The notes under the pieces: generated by a model | What the model saw: the letters and a program-made list of their open reading frames with translations, nothing else | Databases searched by the model: none | What the model was told of the DNA's origin: nothing | Source: Solirubrobacteraceae bacterium | GTDB taxonomy: Bacteria > Actinomycetota > Thermoleophilia > Solirubrobacterales > Solirubrobacteraceae | Reading direction: 5' to 3' | DNA length: 37,801 nt | Assembly (NCBI GenBank): GCA_035551395.1 | Contig: DASZNB010000139.1 | Coordinates: forward strand, 1 to 37,801 | Part shown: piece after piece, positions 37,105 to 37,801 of the stretch | Layout of the letters: every line of letters begins with the position of its first letter | How positions within the stretch are numbered: position 1 is the first letter of the stretch | Position numbers and translations under genes: made by a program

Positions 37105-37801
37105 GGGTGAGAACCTCCTGCGCGAGTTGTCGGTAGGACTGGGCCGCGACACCGTCGGGCTCGTACTTGAGGACCGACATGCCCTTCACGGGAGCCTCGG
37201 CGAAGCGGACGGTCTTACGGATGCGGGAGGCAAAGACGCGGTCGCCGAAGTTTTCCTCGAGGATCTCGATGGCCTCCTTGGCGTGGATCGTGCGCGAATC
37301 CACCAACGTCGGGAGGATACCCTCGATGTCGACGCCGGGGTTGAGATTCTCACGAATCATCGCGAGCGTGTTCTGCAGTTGGATCAGGCCACGCATGGAT
37401 AGATACTCGCATTGCACGGGGACGATCACCTTGTCGGCTGCCGTGAGCGCGTTGATCGTCAGCAGCCCGAGGCTCGGCGGCGTGTCGATGCAGATGAAGT
37501 CGTAGTCGTCGAGGATCGGTTCGAAGGCCTTCTGCAGCGAGCGCTCGCGCCCGATCATCGTCGACATCGCGATCTCGGCGCCGGCGAGGTCGATCGAAGC
37601 GCACGCGACATCGATCTCGCGCTTGCGGATCACCTCGCGGACGGAGACCTTGTGCACGAGCACGTCGTACATCGATTTCTCGAGCGTGTCGGGGTCGATC
37701 CCCTGCGACATCGTCAGGTTGCCTTGCGGGTCCATGTCGACGCACAGCACGCGGTGGCCCTCCTCGGCGAATGCGGCCGCGAGGTTCAGCGTCGTCGTCG
37801 T
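37091..37801 (-). CDS. ParA/Soj-family ATPase (5' end outside the window)
   Basis: Frame is open to the window edge: TTTLNLAAA..VLCVDMDPQGN, DLAGAE, IDTPPSLG, PVQCEY and TVRFAEAP. Its stop overlaps the ftsZ start by 14 bp. Confidence 0.93.
   Translation of the reverse strand, partial: TTTTLNLAAAFAEEGHRVLCVDMDPQGNLTMSQGIDPDTLEKSMYDVLVHKVSVREVIRKREIDVACASIDLAGAEIAMSTMIGRERSLQKAFEPILDDYDFICIDTPPSLGLLTINALTAADKVIVPVQCEYLSMRGLIQLQNTLAMIRENLNPGVDIEGILPTLVDSRTIHAKEAIEILEENFGDRVFASRIRKTVRFAEAPVKGMSVLKYEPDGVAAQSYRQLAQEVLTHGKR

Overview
Very GC-rich actinobacterial DNA. Gene content and the many leaderless promoters suggest Thermoleophilia/Solirubrobacterales (inference). Genes are densely packed, and I see no tRNA, rRNA, CRISPR array or mobile element. 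From left to right the window holds five blocks. (1) The start of the F0F1 atp operon (atpI-like, atpB, atpE, atpF, partial atpH). (2) A five-gene membrane glyco-modification cassette inserted between wecA and atp: PAP2/Aur1-like enzyme, NodB deacetylase, DMT-like membrane protein, GT28 fused to a degenerate NodB domain, and a GT-C transferase. It alternates strands and its genes overlap. (3) The rpmE-DUF1385-prfA-prmC-tsaC-glyA-wecA block, with a clear ZMP/ZTP riboswitch before glyA and a TetR/YceI/FMN-reductase insert. (4) An acyl-CoA catabolism region (etfBA, ETF-QO, B12-binding subunit, thiolase, acyl-CoA dehydrogenase, meaB) next to homologues of the mycobacterial methylglucose lipopolysaccharide (MGLP) genes. 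(5) At the right end, a ParA/Soj ATPase translationally coupled to ftsZ. This FtsZ carries an N-terminal extension of about 120 aa that begins with a peptide resembling those of ParA partners. The parA-ftsZ pair is the best candidate for an undescribed system, possibly direct ParA-driven positioning of FtsZ.
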